Below are positions 48,196 through 57,886 of a stretch of 64,000 nucleotides of DNA, piece by piece. The position numbers and the translations under genes were made by a program. The notes under the pieces are model-generated. The model was not told the DNA's origin, did no database searches, and worked only from the letters and a program-made list of their open reading frames with translations. The DNA is taken from positions 1 to 64,000 of the IMG/VR virus record IMGVR_UViG_3300045009_000924; one strand, given 5' to 3'. Source of the DNA: a virus. The stretch's first letter is position 1. Each line of letters begins with the position of its first letter.

Positions 48196-51100
48196 ATGAA
48201 AAAAACACGTCACATTATTTCAGAGCGTCTATTCGCGCCCAAAAAATGCTGCGATGGACAAAATGAAAGAGCAATTGCATTTAAGAGGGCAATATATATT
48301 TCTGCTAAAACAGAAATATTGAATCCCGATATAGCCGTAAAAGCAGCAATGTCGATTGGCGATTCCTACGGCGGAGGAGAAAAAAGAACAACGTACGAAG
48401 ATACGGATAATAGAAAAAGAGATTTCAGCGGAGATTTGCCGCCAGGTTTAGAAAAAGATGAATTGGGAAATATTTGGGACAAAAATAAAAAATACACACC
48501 GGGTGACAGGCTTGTTCTTTTCCCGAATAGATTAACAAGAAACAGATTACCACAGACTCCAAATTTTGGTTGGATTTCTCCACCCGCTCAAAAAAATGTT
48601 GAAAAATCAGAAGAAAATGAACCAGTCATTGTATTAAAAAAATACAAAGTAAATCCAAAAACTGACGACATAATTCCATCAACTGAAAAAATTTTAAATC
48701 CCCTAAATCATTCTTCCGGCGACAGCATGGATGACTTTATAAACGGAATTACAAAAAGTAATAAAATAAATACGAAAATACTCCCTGGCAGACCCCTGAA
48801 AGACAGAATACCGGGAGGAAGGCTCATTGCCAGAGCAGCCGCAATGATTGGCATAATAACAGACGCAAATAATAAATTTAGATGCCCACCGGGAACTCCA
48901 GCAGCAAATCAATTCACCGATATGCGTGGAACAACTTGTTTTGGATTTAGTGCATCAAGGTTTGCAAAATTTGCCGCAGAAAAAGCCGTAGAACTAACCG
49001 ACGCAGGAGAATTGCAAGGTTTTAAGCGATTCGTAAGTAGGGCCATGAACTGGGTTAATGGTGGCTCATGGGATGACGACCAAGGAATAAGCAACCTTCC
49101 AGTCAACAGACCTATTGAATACTTTTTTGGAAGAACACCAGGTTTCGACCCCGTCACGGGAACAACCGCAAGACCGGACTGGGCATCTGCCGATGTGCCA
49201 GATTCTGCTGGCGGCAGAACTTTTAAAAACACAATGATTGAAGGTCAAAGAAGAATTGATGAAGCAAAAAAAATAGTAGATGATTTAATGTCATCACTTG
49301 GCGTGGATACTTCTGCTCCAGCAAGGGAAAACAACTCCGATATATATGAAACTTTTGACAGACTCAAGGAAAACGGACAGTGGGATGTTCAAATAGAAAG
49401 ACTAGATGACAACGAAGTTAGAGCATTGGTTGTAAAAGAACTGAGGAGAAGATTTAGAGCCTTAAAAGCATCAGGAGAAACAACACTAACATTCGACTCC
49501 CTGCCACCAGAAATAAAAGAAAGCTTAATTAAATCCGAAACAGCAAGATTCAGAGTTACGGAAAGAGCTGTTGCCAGCACCATTCTTGAACAATTTGCGT
49601 TAATGCCAGAACATATGAAAAAAATAAAAACTATTCGTTTAACAAAAAATGAACCTGGCACAAAACATCCGGATGAAGGTTCTTTCGGATTTATGCAAAA
49701 CGCAGAAACGGGAGAAATAGCATCTTCGATATTTTTTAATTTTGACACGATTTTAGAAAATCAAACAAAGAATGTTCCTGGAATAAAATTTGACGAAAGA
49801 CTTTTGGTGACAGCAATTGATGGAATGTCTGATGCCGAAAGGGCTGAAGCAGTAGCAGATTTTATAACAAGTGCAAATGATTTTGCAAAAAATAGAGCCT
49901 CACTTGTTTCTGGAGTTGAATCATTTTCCAGATTTATAGCTTTGCACGAAATAGGTCACTCTATTCAGGGCGAAGCGTTTGTTGCGTATTTGAAACGCAA
50001 CTTTGACGAAACTGGAAAACTTGAATTTGTTGATTCGGCAGGAAAATTGCGCTCATTTACATCAATTACAGAAATGACAGCCAGTGATTTTAACAGCGCT
50101 CTCGTGGCGTTTTCGCGAGATGCGATTGAGTCAAACCCCGCATTAAAAGAACAATTATTAAAACTTGCCGATGTTTACGGCAAATACCCCCGTGGATACC
50201 TTGATAACGGAGGGAGTGGATTTTTTCTTTTAGAAGCCCAAGCAGAGATGTGGGCTATGCGAGAAATGGGATTAATACATGGTGATGATATTGACCTCGC
50301 GCTCTCCTCAATGGACGAATACGAAAACGCAGAACTAAGAAAACAAAGGCTCAAAAAAGCATCTTCCATTGTCGAAGAATCAAAAGAAAAAAGAAAAATA
50401 GAAAGCATGAAGAGGCCGTGGGAAAAAACAGATAAACAAATAGATTCTGATATGAAAAAAATTAAAGACAGAATTAAGGACAGAGAGGGAACTGATAATT
50501 CAGATTTATTGAATATCGCCGCAGTGGCCGAACTTGAGATGGATGATGCCAAAAATAATTACGACTTGGCGAGTAAGGAATATGACAGAATCAAAGAAGC
50601 AATTGAAAAGGGTGAAGATGTTGACTTTGATTCGGCTTCAAAACTTGATGTTTTGGCAAGCGCCAAGGAAAACGCTAAAAAAGATTTTGAATATTTTAAA
50701 AAAATAAGAGAAATGACTAAAAAAGAATGGATGAGCAGAAACACCATTGGCGACAGGGGGGCCTCAAGAGAGTTTGAGGATGCTCTTTACAAATTTAGAG
50801 AAGAAAAAGGAATTTTGAAAGGGTCAGAAAAAGCAGAAATTGTTGAAAAATTAAAAATACAAGAGCTAAAAGCTCAAGCAGAAAGACTTGACGACAAATC
50901 TCTGGTTGACGATTACACAAATATTATGTCCATTATCGACAAGGGTGAATATTCTTCGCCAGAAGAATACGATGAGATGCTTAAACAAAGCGAAATACTG
51001 TTAGACGAATACATCAGAAGAGCCAGAGCTGCTGGTGATACAAGAAGAAAAAGCACAATACGAAAAAGTCTGCTTGAAAAAGTAGATGAAAAATCTTCTC

Positions 51101-54100
51101 CAAAATCCAAAAAAATTAAAAAATTTAAAAGCGGAGCAGATGCAAAAAATCATGCTCAAAAAGAAAGAAAAAATCTTCGCAGAAAAATATCAAAAGAGCA
51201 AGCGCAGGCAGTTAGGGAAATGGGGGATTTCAAGTCGAATTCAATATCCAGAATTTTGCACCCAGAATCAAATGCACAATCCGGAAGAGCAATGAATAGG
51301 GCAAACGCAAGATTGCGAAGACTTGGCCTCGAGATAGATAAAAAAACAACTTCCGACGGGTCAATGGAAGACCAAGTAAAAAATATTTTGATTCCAACCA
51401 TGGAGGCCATGGACCTATCGTCGGCTTCCGAGCCATTCGAAATGGAAGCAATAATTGAATTAGAGCCAGGCGAATTAAGCGGAAAAGCATTGGGTAAAGA
51501 ATTTGACCATAAGGGCTTTGTTAACGGAAGGGTAATCAGCAAAGGCCATAAGAAGGGTGACGTCTCTAAAAAGAAAAATCCACAAACGGGCAAAAAGCAA
51601 AATCGAGTTATTGTGACCGTCAAGGAAGGTGACAGGGGGATATTCCCATCGGCTGGAGCCGATGAAAAACAAATGTTTGTTATTCCGCCAGGAAAAATGA
51701 GGGTAATCGGGAGAGACCCAGATGGAACAGTAAGAGTTGAAATTTCTTCGCAAAAAGGTACGACCGAAGTTCTTGATGATTTGGCAAGGGATTTGGCAGA
51801 GGGTTCCGGTGATGCAATCTGGAGAAAATCAGCAGCTGCGAAAATCCAAAAAATTTCCGACAAAAGAGTCGTTGATGTTCCATCACGTCTTTCGTCTGGC
51901 AGAACGTCAGTATCAAAAGACAAAGAAGCAGTGTCCAGGGAGCTGGTTAAATCACTAAAAGATAAAGGCTCCACTTTTGGTTCATATTCAGAAGTTGACG
52001 ACATGATGGACGAAATAAAAGACCCAGACAGCCCAATGTTTTTACTTAAAGGGGACACAGATGTAAAAATAAATAATTTAAGAACATATTTTGAACGCTC
52101 AGTGCCCAAGGGGGACAGAGAATCATTTATGAAACATTTCGAACAAACTATGAGCGAAATAGAAAAACTCATAGACAGAAGTTCAACCAAGGGGAGCATG
52201 GGACAGGTAGAACCCCCAGAATTTGTTGTTAGAATCCAAAAAGAAATAGAAAAAAACCTTGTTAGGTTAACAACTAGAGATTTTTTGGGGAAAGACCCAT
52301 ACGGAGAACAACAATTCGTTGATGAAGATGGCGTTGAATATGGATGGGTAACGACAAGTCGGGGAGGCGGAAAGGGGCGTTGGGTTCCAACTGGAAGAAC
52401 CGGACGAAAACCAACACCGTTTTTTCCTGTTCAAAAAATAGACAAAGACGAACTCGACCCCAAAGTAGAAAATTTAATATCCACTTCCTCCACAAAAGAA
52501 ATAGAAAAAATAATTGAGCAAGCAGCTATAAGATTTCACCAAGGTCTCGATTCGAGGCCAAGAGTACGAATGCGCGAATCAGAACTTGATGATTTTGCTG
52601 AAACTGGAAAAATAAGAGCAACAAAACGCACTGGCTCATCTGCTGTTTCGGGTATATCGAGAAGAACAGAAAGACTTTCATCTGGGGCTGAAAGAACATA
52701 CAAACCGGGCGCAATAAAAGACGAAATTGAGTTTGCTGAAAAAGCTAAAGAAAAAATAATAGAACTTTATGAAAAAGTTGACCCCCCGGTAATTCCAGAA
52801 GGAACATCCCCGGCGGCAAGAGAAGAAATTAAGAGAAATCACCTAAACAATTTTTTTGCCTCACTTACTGATGTTCAACTTTCAGCGATGGGCCTAGAAA
52901 AACTATACGACGAAAATGGAAATCCCAAAGTGAGCGTCACTACGGGTCAAATTGTTTTTGCAGTCAAAAACGCAGAAATGGCAATAGCAATGTTGGCAAT
53001 GGGTCAGACTGTTCGGATTGACGACGGAAAGCGAAAAGATGAACCCAGAATGGTGGAAAATGCAGCAAATCAAATAAATAAACTTTTGAAAGACGTTAAA
53101 GACTCCAAAGGAATTTTGCAAACTATTGATTTATGTAGAGTTTATTCTGAGGGCGATAATGTTTGGTGCTCAGAAAATATAGGCGTTGATAGAAAAGAAA
53201 TGCCACAGGTCGGCGGGATGGCAGCAGACCACCGAAGTCTTGCCATGAGATTGTGGAAGTCGCAATTCGCAACAGCAGAAACAATAAATGCTCACTTCGT
53301 AAACAGTGACGGCAAAAAACTTAAAAAAGAATTGAAAATCACAGAACAAATTAAAAAATTAAGACAAGATGGAAAAGTTGCGGAAGCGGATGAATTAGAA
53401 AAAGCATGGGGTCGACTTGAGGGAATATGCCATCAACATGATGGCGTTAGTTCAAAAAAATTAAACGGAAAAGATGAAATAAAAATAGAATACAAAATTG
53501 ATGGTAAAAAAATAAAAGAAACCATCTCCCCGGAAGAAGCCAGAGCAGTAATGGAGCGTTTTGGGGTTAAATTAACCGGAAAAGATATAAAAGAACTTGG
53601 TGAAAGATGGAATCGAGAAGGAGAACTTAAAAAAATTAAAAGCATGCCCGATGGGGAAGAAAAAGAGAAATTACTCGAAAAATTTGTTGTTTTCCAACCG
53701 TTGAGCAAAGAAGAAAAAGAATTGTTTTTTAGTCATCTCGATTATCCATATGTTGAGCCAGATGGACTTGACCAATTTATTGATTTCTTGGATTTGTTGA
53801 ATGTGAAAGTCGATAGTGAAGAAATCGTTTCAGCAAAAACACTAAAAGCGTCACAACGGCAAATAGATGCTGGAAAAACCGACATGCTGGGCGAGGTGAT
53901 GAAGTATGCACTTAAGGACATATTGAAAGAATATGAAAAAATACTTGAAACAGACGGAAAAGAAGCTGCAGATTTGTGGAGAGAAAATGAAATTGCGAAA
54001 CTAAGAAGGGAACACGGTCTTTTCAAAAAAATTATTATTTCAAGCGACGGATACATTGTTGATGGACACCACAGGGTGGTGGGAAGAGTTCTTTCTGATG

Positions 54101-56706
54101 CAGTTGAGGATAATCCACTTCTTCAACTTGGGATGACGATAAGACGAGTCGACATGCCGATTGTTGAATTGTTAACTGTCTCTCGCGTATATCAGGACCA
54201 TCTTGGTCTTAAGCCTGCAAGCTTGGAAAAGGGTGCTCCAGAAACATATATCGAACAAGGAATAGATGCAATCCAAGAAATCGACAAAGACACCATTGAC
54301 GCCATGCACGGCAAGCTTCTTTTTGAACTCGATGACAGACTGGCAGATATTTACGACAAGGGAACATTTATCCAAGTTGAATCAGTTGGCCTACGCCAAA
54401 AAAGCAGCGAATATGTGGACGCATTACTAGAAAAACGAAGAGTAGCTTCACTAAAGACACGCTTTAGAAGGAAAAAATCACCCGGAACGCCAGTCGAAGA
54501 ATTCGAAGAAAAGGTAAAACAGCGTTCACAAAAAGGAGAATTGGTCGAAAGTGGTTCGGGAAGGCTTTCCTCTGGGGCCGAAAAACAGTTGGATGCGGGG
54601 GAAGTAGCAAAACAATTACGGCCCATTGATTACATTTCAAAGCGAGTCAAACTTGAAAAATCAATAGACAAAGAATTTAAAAATTCCGTCGATTCTGTTT
54701 TCCAAAAGATAAACAAACTTTCAGCATCTGAAATATATGGAGCAAAAAGTAAATACATTGGAAATAAACAATTCAATGAATACGCAGAAAAATTCATAAA
54801 AAGCTTACCCGGCACCATTCCGGAAGAAGAAATCAGCAATTTTAGAAAACTAACTAAAGCTGTTGGAGAATTGGTTGATAAATATGCAGAAAGCAAAACC
54901 ATGAGAACTGGAACAAAATCTGCAGCAAGAATGATTATTACCGCATTAAAAATAATTCTCGACAATAAATATTTTAATAATTCGATGTCGGCGATTATGG
55001 TGCCGGGCACTGGCGGGCAAGGGGCTTTTACTTTTCTTGATGCATGGATTGACACCGGCGCAAGAGAAATCTCCAAATCCGAAGGTATTAAATCAGTAAT
55101 TGACATGTTGGTGATTGCGGCGGTCCTTGGAATATCGAGGGGACCCAGAGCCACCAAATTACTTAAAAAATATTTTAAGAAAGATAAAAAAGATAAATCT
55201 CCATCAGATTCCGGTCAAAGACTATCTTCCGGTTTGGCTCCACCTGGAAAAAGAAATGCGTTGAATTCAGCACAAAAAATTTTGAAGAAAACAAATATCA
55301 ATTCAGAATCTTCAGAAAAAATAATGTTTGCCTACTCCGGAATTTTAAATTATGAAAAAGGTTCCACAAATACGGAATTAGAAACAATGGCTCGCCGAGT
55401 AAAATTCAACTCTGGTGAAACAATAACAAAAATGATGATGGAAAAACTTGTTGACGCAGACAAAATAACAGAAGAACAAAAAACAGTAATGATAGAAAAA
55501 CTCGGATTAAATATAAACGATTTTGATGGAATGGAGTCTAAATCGAAAGCAATCAAAAATGCATTCAATGATGGCATCGATGCTTTGGATTTTTACATAA
55601 CAAACCAAGACAAAGAAGAATATTCCGGGAGAAAAGTTGGATATGGCTATGCAAAAAGAAAATTCGGGCCGGATGAATTTGATATAGATGAAGAAGATGT
55701 CTCAACGAACATGTCCCTTTCTGCCCTGAGAAGAGGATATTGGGCGGATAATGGATTAAACGAAAATATTCAAGATGATGAAATGCCAGTATCTGGCTAC
55801 CTTATTCACAATTCACAAATTGAAGCAAAGAAAAAAATGATTAAAAAGAATGGTTCAATAAACATCGACGATGACGCAATATTTGAAATTGGAGATAGTG
55901 ATATTTTCGGTGATGGCCTAACAGCACAGGGAGAGATAGAAGTTGTGTTGTCTCCAGAGGTTTCGTCAAGAACTGCTTACGGAAGGGGTTCAGCGCTAAA
56001 AAATGGACAAAAACCAGTATCGATGAGGTCTGCATCAAGAAGAGATATAGCACAAGCGCTAGTTGGCTCAAATCAATCGATGGATACACAGGCGGCAATA
56101 AATATGCTGGCGGCTTCATTTGATAATGATTTTTCCGCAGTTGCGTCCAGGAAGCCGAGCGGCTCAAGATATAAACAGATTGGTCAATCAATTCCAGAAG
56201 ATTTCGAACATGAACAAATACAGGCACACATTCTCGGGGGATTTGATAAAGACGAAGTCGAATCAATCAATTACCCATTTTCAAAAATCCAAAAACTTTC
56301 TCAAAAGGAAGACTTAAAAGATATAGCAGATGAAAAATCAATAGCAGCGATGCTGAGAAAAGCCGGTTTCACGGAAGCGGAAATAAAATATTTTTATTCA
56401 ATATCTGATGGAAAACCGTTTAACACACAAAGCATGCAGGCGTTGAAGTCATATCGCGCAGCTCAAAAAATAAGAGAAAAATATAAAAGACAAGGATTCA
56501 ATAAAATTAATTTTGCTCACCCACAAGGAATCAATATCGACAATCCGGCCACATACAACATAAATGCCACACCTAGTCAATCAGTTGAGGAAGTTCTTAA
56601 GAAAAATATTGCAAAAGAAATAGCAGAACAAGCAAAAAGGGTTTTGAGAGAAATGAGGAGCAATACAATTCCCAACTTTGAGATTTTGACTGGGAGAAAA
56701 AAATGA
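48196..56706 (+). CDS. Giant polyvalent head protein: zincin, degenerate ART-like, ParB/Srx-like and DUF3626-like domains, four RLSSG motifs
   Basis: ALHEIGH...EAQAE; EFDHKGF...VKEGDRG...VIPPG; LKASQ...ISSDGYIVDGHHR; PVSGYL...QAHILGG. Confidence 0.8.
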   Translation: MKKTRHIISERLFAPKKCCDGQNERAIAFKRAIYISAKTEILNPDIAVKAAMSIGDSYGGGEKRTTYEDTDNRKRDFSGDLPPGLEKDELGNIWDKNKKYTPGDRLVLFPNRLTRNRLPQTPNFGWISPPAQKNVEKSEENEPVIVLKKYKVNPKTDDIIPSTEKILNPLNHSSGDSMDDFINGITKSNKINTKILPGRPLKDRIPGGRLIARAAAMIGIITDANNKFRCPPGTPAANQFTDMRGTTCFGFSASRFAKFAAEKAVELTDAGELQGFKRFVSRAMNWVNGGSWDDDQGISNLPVNRPIEYFFGRTPGFDPVTGTTARPDWASADVPDSAGGRTFKNTMIEGQRRIDEAKKIVDDLMSSLGVDTSAPARENNSDIYETFDRLKENGQWDVQIERLDDNEVRALVVKELRRRFRALKASGETTLTFDSLPPEIKESLIKSETARFRVTERAVASTILEQFALMPEHMKKIKTIRLTKNEPGTKHPDEGSFGFMQNAETGEIASSIFFNFDTILENQTKNVPGIKFDERLLVTAIDGMSDAERAEAVADFITSANDFAKNRASLVSGVESFSRFIALHEIGHSIQGEAFVAYLKRNFDETGKLEFVDSAGKLRSFTSITEMTASDFNSALVAFSRDAIESNPALKEQLLKLADVYGKYPRGYLDNGGSGFFLLEAQAEMWAMREMGLIHGDDIDLALSSMDEYENAELRKQRLKKASSIVEESKEKRKIESMKRPWEKTDKQIDSDMKKIKDRIKDREGTDNSDLLNIAAVAELEMDDAKNNYDLASKEYDRIKEAIEKGEDVDFDSASKLDVLASAKENAKKDFEYFKKIREMTKKEWMSRNTIGDRGASREFEDALYKFREEKGILKGSEKAEIVEKLKIQELKAQAERLDDKSLVDDYTNIMSIIDKGEYSSPEEYDEMLKQSEILLDEYIRRARAAGDTRRKSTIRKSLLEKVDEKSSPKSKKIKKFKSGADAKNHAQKERKNLRRKISKEQAQAVREMGDFKSNSISRILHPESNAQSGRAMNRANARLRRLGLEIDKKTTSDGSMEDQVKNILIPTMEAMDLSSASEPFEMEAIIELEPGELSGKALGKEFDHKGFVNGRVISKGHKKGDVSKKKNPQTGKKQNRVIVTVKEGDRGIFPSAGADEKQMFVIPPGKMRVIGRDPDGTVRVEISSQKGTTEVLDDLARDLAEGSGDAIWRKSAAAKIQKISDKRVVDVPSRLSSGRTSVSKDKEAVSRELVKSLKDKGSTFGSYSEVDDMMDEIKDPDSPMFLLKGDTDVKINNLRTYFERSVPKGDRESFMKHFEQTMSEIEKLIDRSSTKGSMGQVEPPEFVVRIQKEIEKNLVRLTTRDFLGKDPYGEQQFVDEDGVEYGWVTTSRGGGKGRWVPTGRTGRKPTPFFPVQKIDKDELDPKVENLISTSSTKEIEKIIEQAAIRFHQGLDSRPRVRMRESELDDFAETGKIRATKRTGSSAVSGISRRTERLSSGAERTYKPGAIKDEIEFAEKAKEKIIELYEKVDPPVIPEGTSPAAREEIKRNHLNNFFASLTDVQLSAMGLEKLYDENGNPKVSVTTGQIVFAVKNAEMAIAMLAMGQTVRIDDGKRKDEPRMVENAANQINKLLKDVKDSKGILQTIDLCRVYSEGDNVWCSENIGVDRKEMPQVGGMAADHRSLAMRLWKSQFATAETINAHFVNSDGKKLKKELKITEQIKKLRQDGKVAEADELEKAWGRLEGICHQHDGVSSKKLNGKDEIKIEYKIDGKKIKETISPEEARAVMERFGVKLTGKDIKELGERWNREGELKKIKSMPDGEEKEKLLEKFVVFQPLSKEEKELFFSHLDYPYVEPDGLDQFIDFLDLLNVKVDSEEIVSAKTLKASQRQIDAGKTDMLGEVMKYALKDILKEYEKILETDGKEAADLWRENEIAKLRREHGLFKKIIISSDGYIVDGHHRVVGRVLSDAVEDNPLLQLGMTIRRVDMPIVELLTVSRVYQDHLGLKPASLEKGAPETYIEQGIDAIQEIDKDTIDAMHGKLLFELDDRLADIYDKGTFIQVESVGLRQKSSEYVDALLEKRRVASLKTRFRRKKSPGTPVEEFEEKVKQRSQKGELVESGSGRLSSGAEKQLDAGEVAKQLRPIDYISKRVKLEKSIDKEFKNSVDSVFQKINKLSASEIYGAKSKYIGNKQFNEYAEKFIKSLPGTIPEEEISNFRKLTKAVGELVDKYAESKTMRTGTKSAARMIITALKIILDNKYFNNSMSAIMVPGTGGQGAFTFLDAWIDTGAREISKSEGIKSVIDMLVIAAVLGISRGPRATKLLKKYFKKDKKDKSPSDSGQRLSSGLAPPGKRNALNSAQKILKKTNINSESSEKIMFAYSGILNYEKGSTNTELETMARRVKFNSGETITKMMMEKLVDADKITEEQKTVMIEKLGLNINDFDGMESKSKAIKNAFNDGIDALDFYITNQDKEEYSGRKVGYGYAKRKFGPDEFDIDEEDVSTNMSLSALRRGYWADNGLNENIQDDEMPVSGYLIHNSQIEAKKKMIKKNGSINIDDDAIFEIGDSDIFGDGLTAQGEIEVVLSPEVSSRTAYGRGSALKNGQKPVSMRSASRRDIAQALVGSNQSMDTQAAINMLAASFDNDFSAVASRKPSGSRYKQIGQSIPEDFEHEQIQAHILGGFDKDEVESINYPFSKIQKLSQKEDLKDIADEKSIAAMLRKAGFTEAEIKYFYSISDGKPFNTQSMQALKSYRAAQKIREKYKRQGFNKINFAHPQGINIDNPATYNINATPSQSVEEVLKKNIAKEIAEQAKRVLREMRSNTIPNFEILTGRKK

Positions 56707-57227
56707 GAGCAATACTTGTTGCGGCAGTCGAGGATGACAAAATCTATTACGACCTAGATGCAAAAAATGAACAAAAAGATGCAATTTTGGTTAGGCCAGA
56801 TGGGTCAATGGTAAAAGTAGATTTTTTTGATTTTGCCAATTCTTGTGGCGGTCTATTAAAAATAAGAACTTCTAAATTTCATAAATTCATGTGGGATGGT
56901 GCGGCAGGGAAAAAAGCAAACCTTTGGAAAAGTGTTTTTATTGATAAAACGAAAGATGTGAGCGAGTCGGTCTTGGAAAATGTCGATGTGTTTGAGTCTT
57001 TGGGCAAAAACAGAAAAAAAATGCTGAAAACTGATAAAAAAGCAAAAGCTTTCAAAAAAACAGTTGACAAAAAATCAAAACAAAAGGTGCAGACAAAATC
57101 TGCGCAGCCCTGCTGCGATAACGAAATGGTAAAGTTTGATATGAAGAATCTTGTTTTCGGGGATGCCCAAACAAGAAAGCAAGCATGGACAGCCATGATT
57201 CTCCTTCGCCAATTGGAAAGTAATTAA
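56703..57227 (+). CDS. Hypothetical protein
   Basis: ATGA overlap with upstream gene. Confidence 0.65.
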   Translation: MRAILVAAVEDDKIYYDLDAKNEQKDAILVRPDGSMVKVDFFDFANSCGGLLKIRTSKFHKFMWDGAAGKKANLWKSVFIDKTKDVSESVLENVDVFESLGKNRKKMLKTDKKAKAFKKTVDKKSKQKVQTKSAQPCCDNEMVKFDMKNLVFGDAQTRKQAWTAMILLRQLESN

Positions 57228-57229
57228 AA

Positions 57230-57886
57230 ATGAAAGAAAATTTAATAAAAGCCGACCCACTTGGTGGAATAATTCCGCAAGAGCTCATAACCGGAGACAT
57301 CTTGCGCGGATATGGGCCTCGCAGGGGAAATTTGGAAAGACTGTTGCGCTATTGGCGACCAATCATGAGAAAACCTGGCGGATTTAGAAGATGCAGATTG
57401 ATACTTGCAAATCACCCAGAACTGTACCCATTAAACAATATTTGTGCATGGCTCCATCACGAAGTAACTGGTGTTTGGCCAAACGAGGGGTGCCATCATC
57501 CCGGCATGAGAAATTGCAGAGGAAAACTTCGCAAATTGATGAATTGGAACGACAGTCAATTTTCTTCATATATAAGAAGTGGTTTTAAAAAGAAGCCAAA
57601 AAATCTGATGCGAAACGCAAAAGATTTGTCTATTGAGGATGATGAGGTTTTCTTTTATGAATATATCAACCCATCCGTCAAGTCGGACGAACAAAACGTG
57701 GTAACAGAGGAGGACGCCAATCATGCAATAAATGTTCTTTTTGATTTTATCGAAATGGAAAAAAAATTTATTGATTATTTAAGAAATGATGATAACTGGG
57801 AACAGGTGGGGGAAGGGAACAACGGAGAAATGAAATCTTCTCCAAGAATCAAAACAAAATCTTTGGAAGAGGAATGCTGTGGATAA
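57230..57886 (+). CDS. Head-associated hypothetical protein with Cys/His motif
   Basis: GNLERLLRYW...PGGFRRC...CAWLHHEVTGVWP motif, resembling ones in actinophage head modules. Confidence 0.65.
   Translation: MKENLIKADPLGGIIPQELITGDILRGYGPRRGNLERLLRYWRPIMRKPGGFRRCRLILANHPELYPLNNICAWLHHEVTGVWPNEGCHHPGMRNCRGKLRKLMNWNDSQFSSYIRSGFKKKPKNLMRNAKDLSIEDDEVFFYEYINPSVKSDEQNVVTEEDANHAINVLFDFIEMEKKFIDYLRNDDNWEQVGEGNNGEMKSSPRIKTKSLEEECCG

Noticed and set aside
34594-55233. RLSSG copies as a dispersed DNA repeat or mobile-element scar
   Set aside because: Synonymous codons differ among copies, including TCN versus AGY Ser, and flanks share no DNA similarity
32011-56266. Many minus-strand ORFs of 60-350 aa opposite the giant genes
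   Set aside because: Ser/Phe/Leu-rich antisense shadows of Lys/Glu-rich coding sequence, with no motifs
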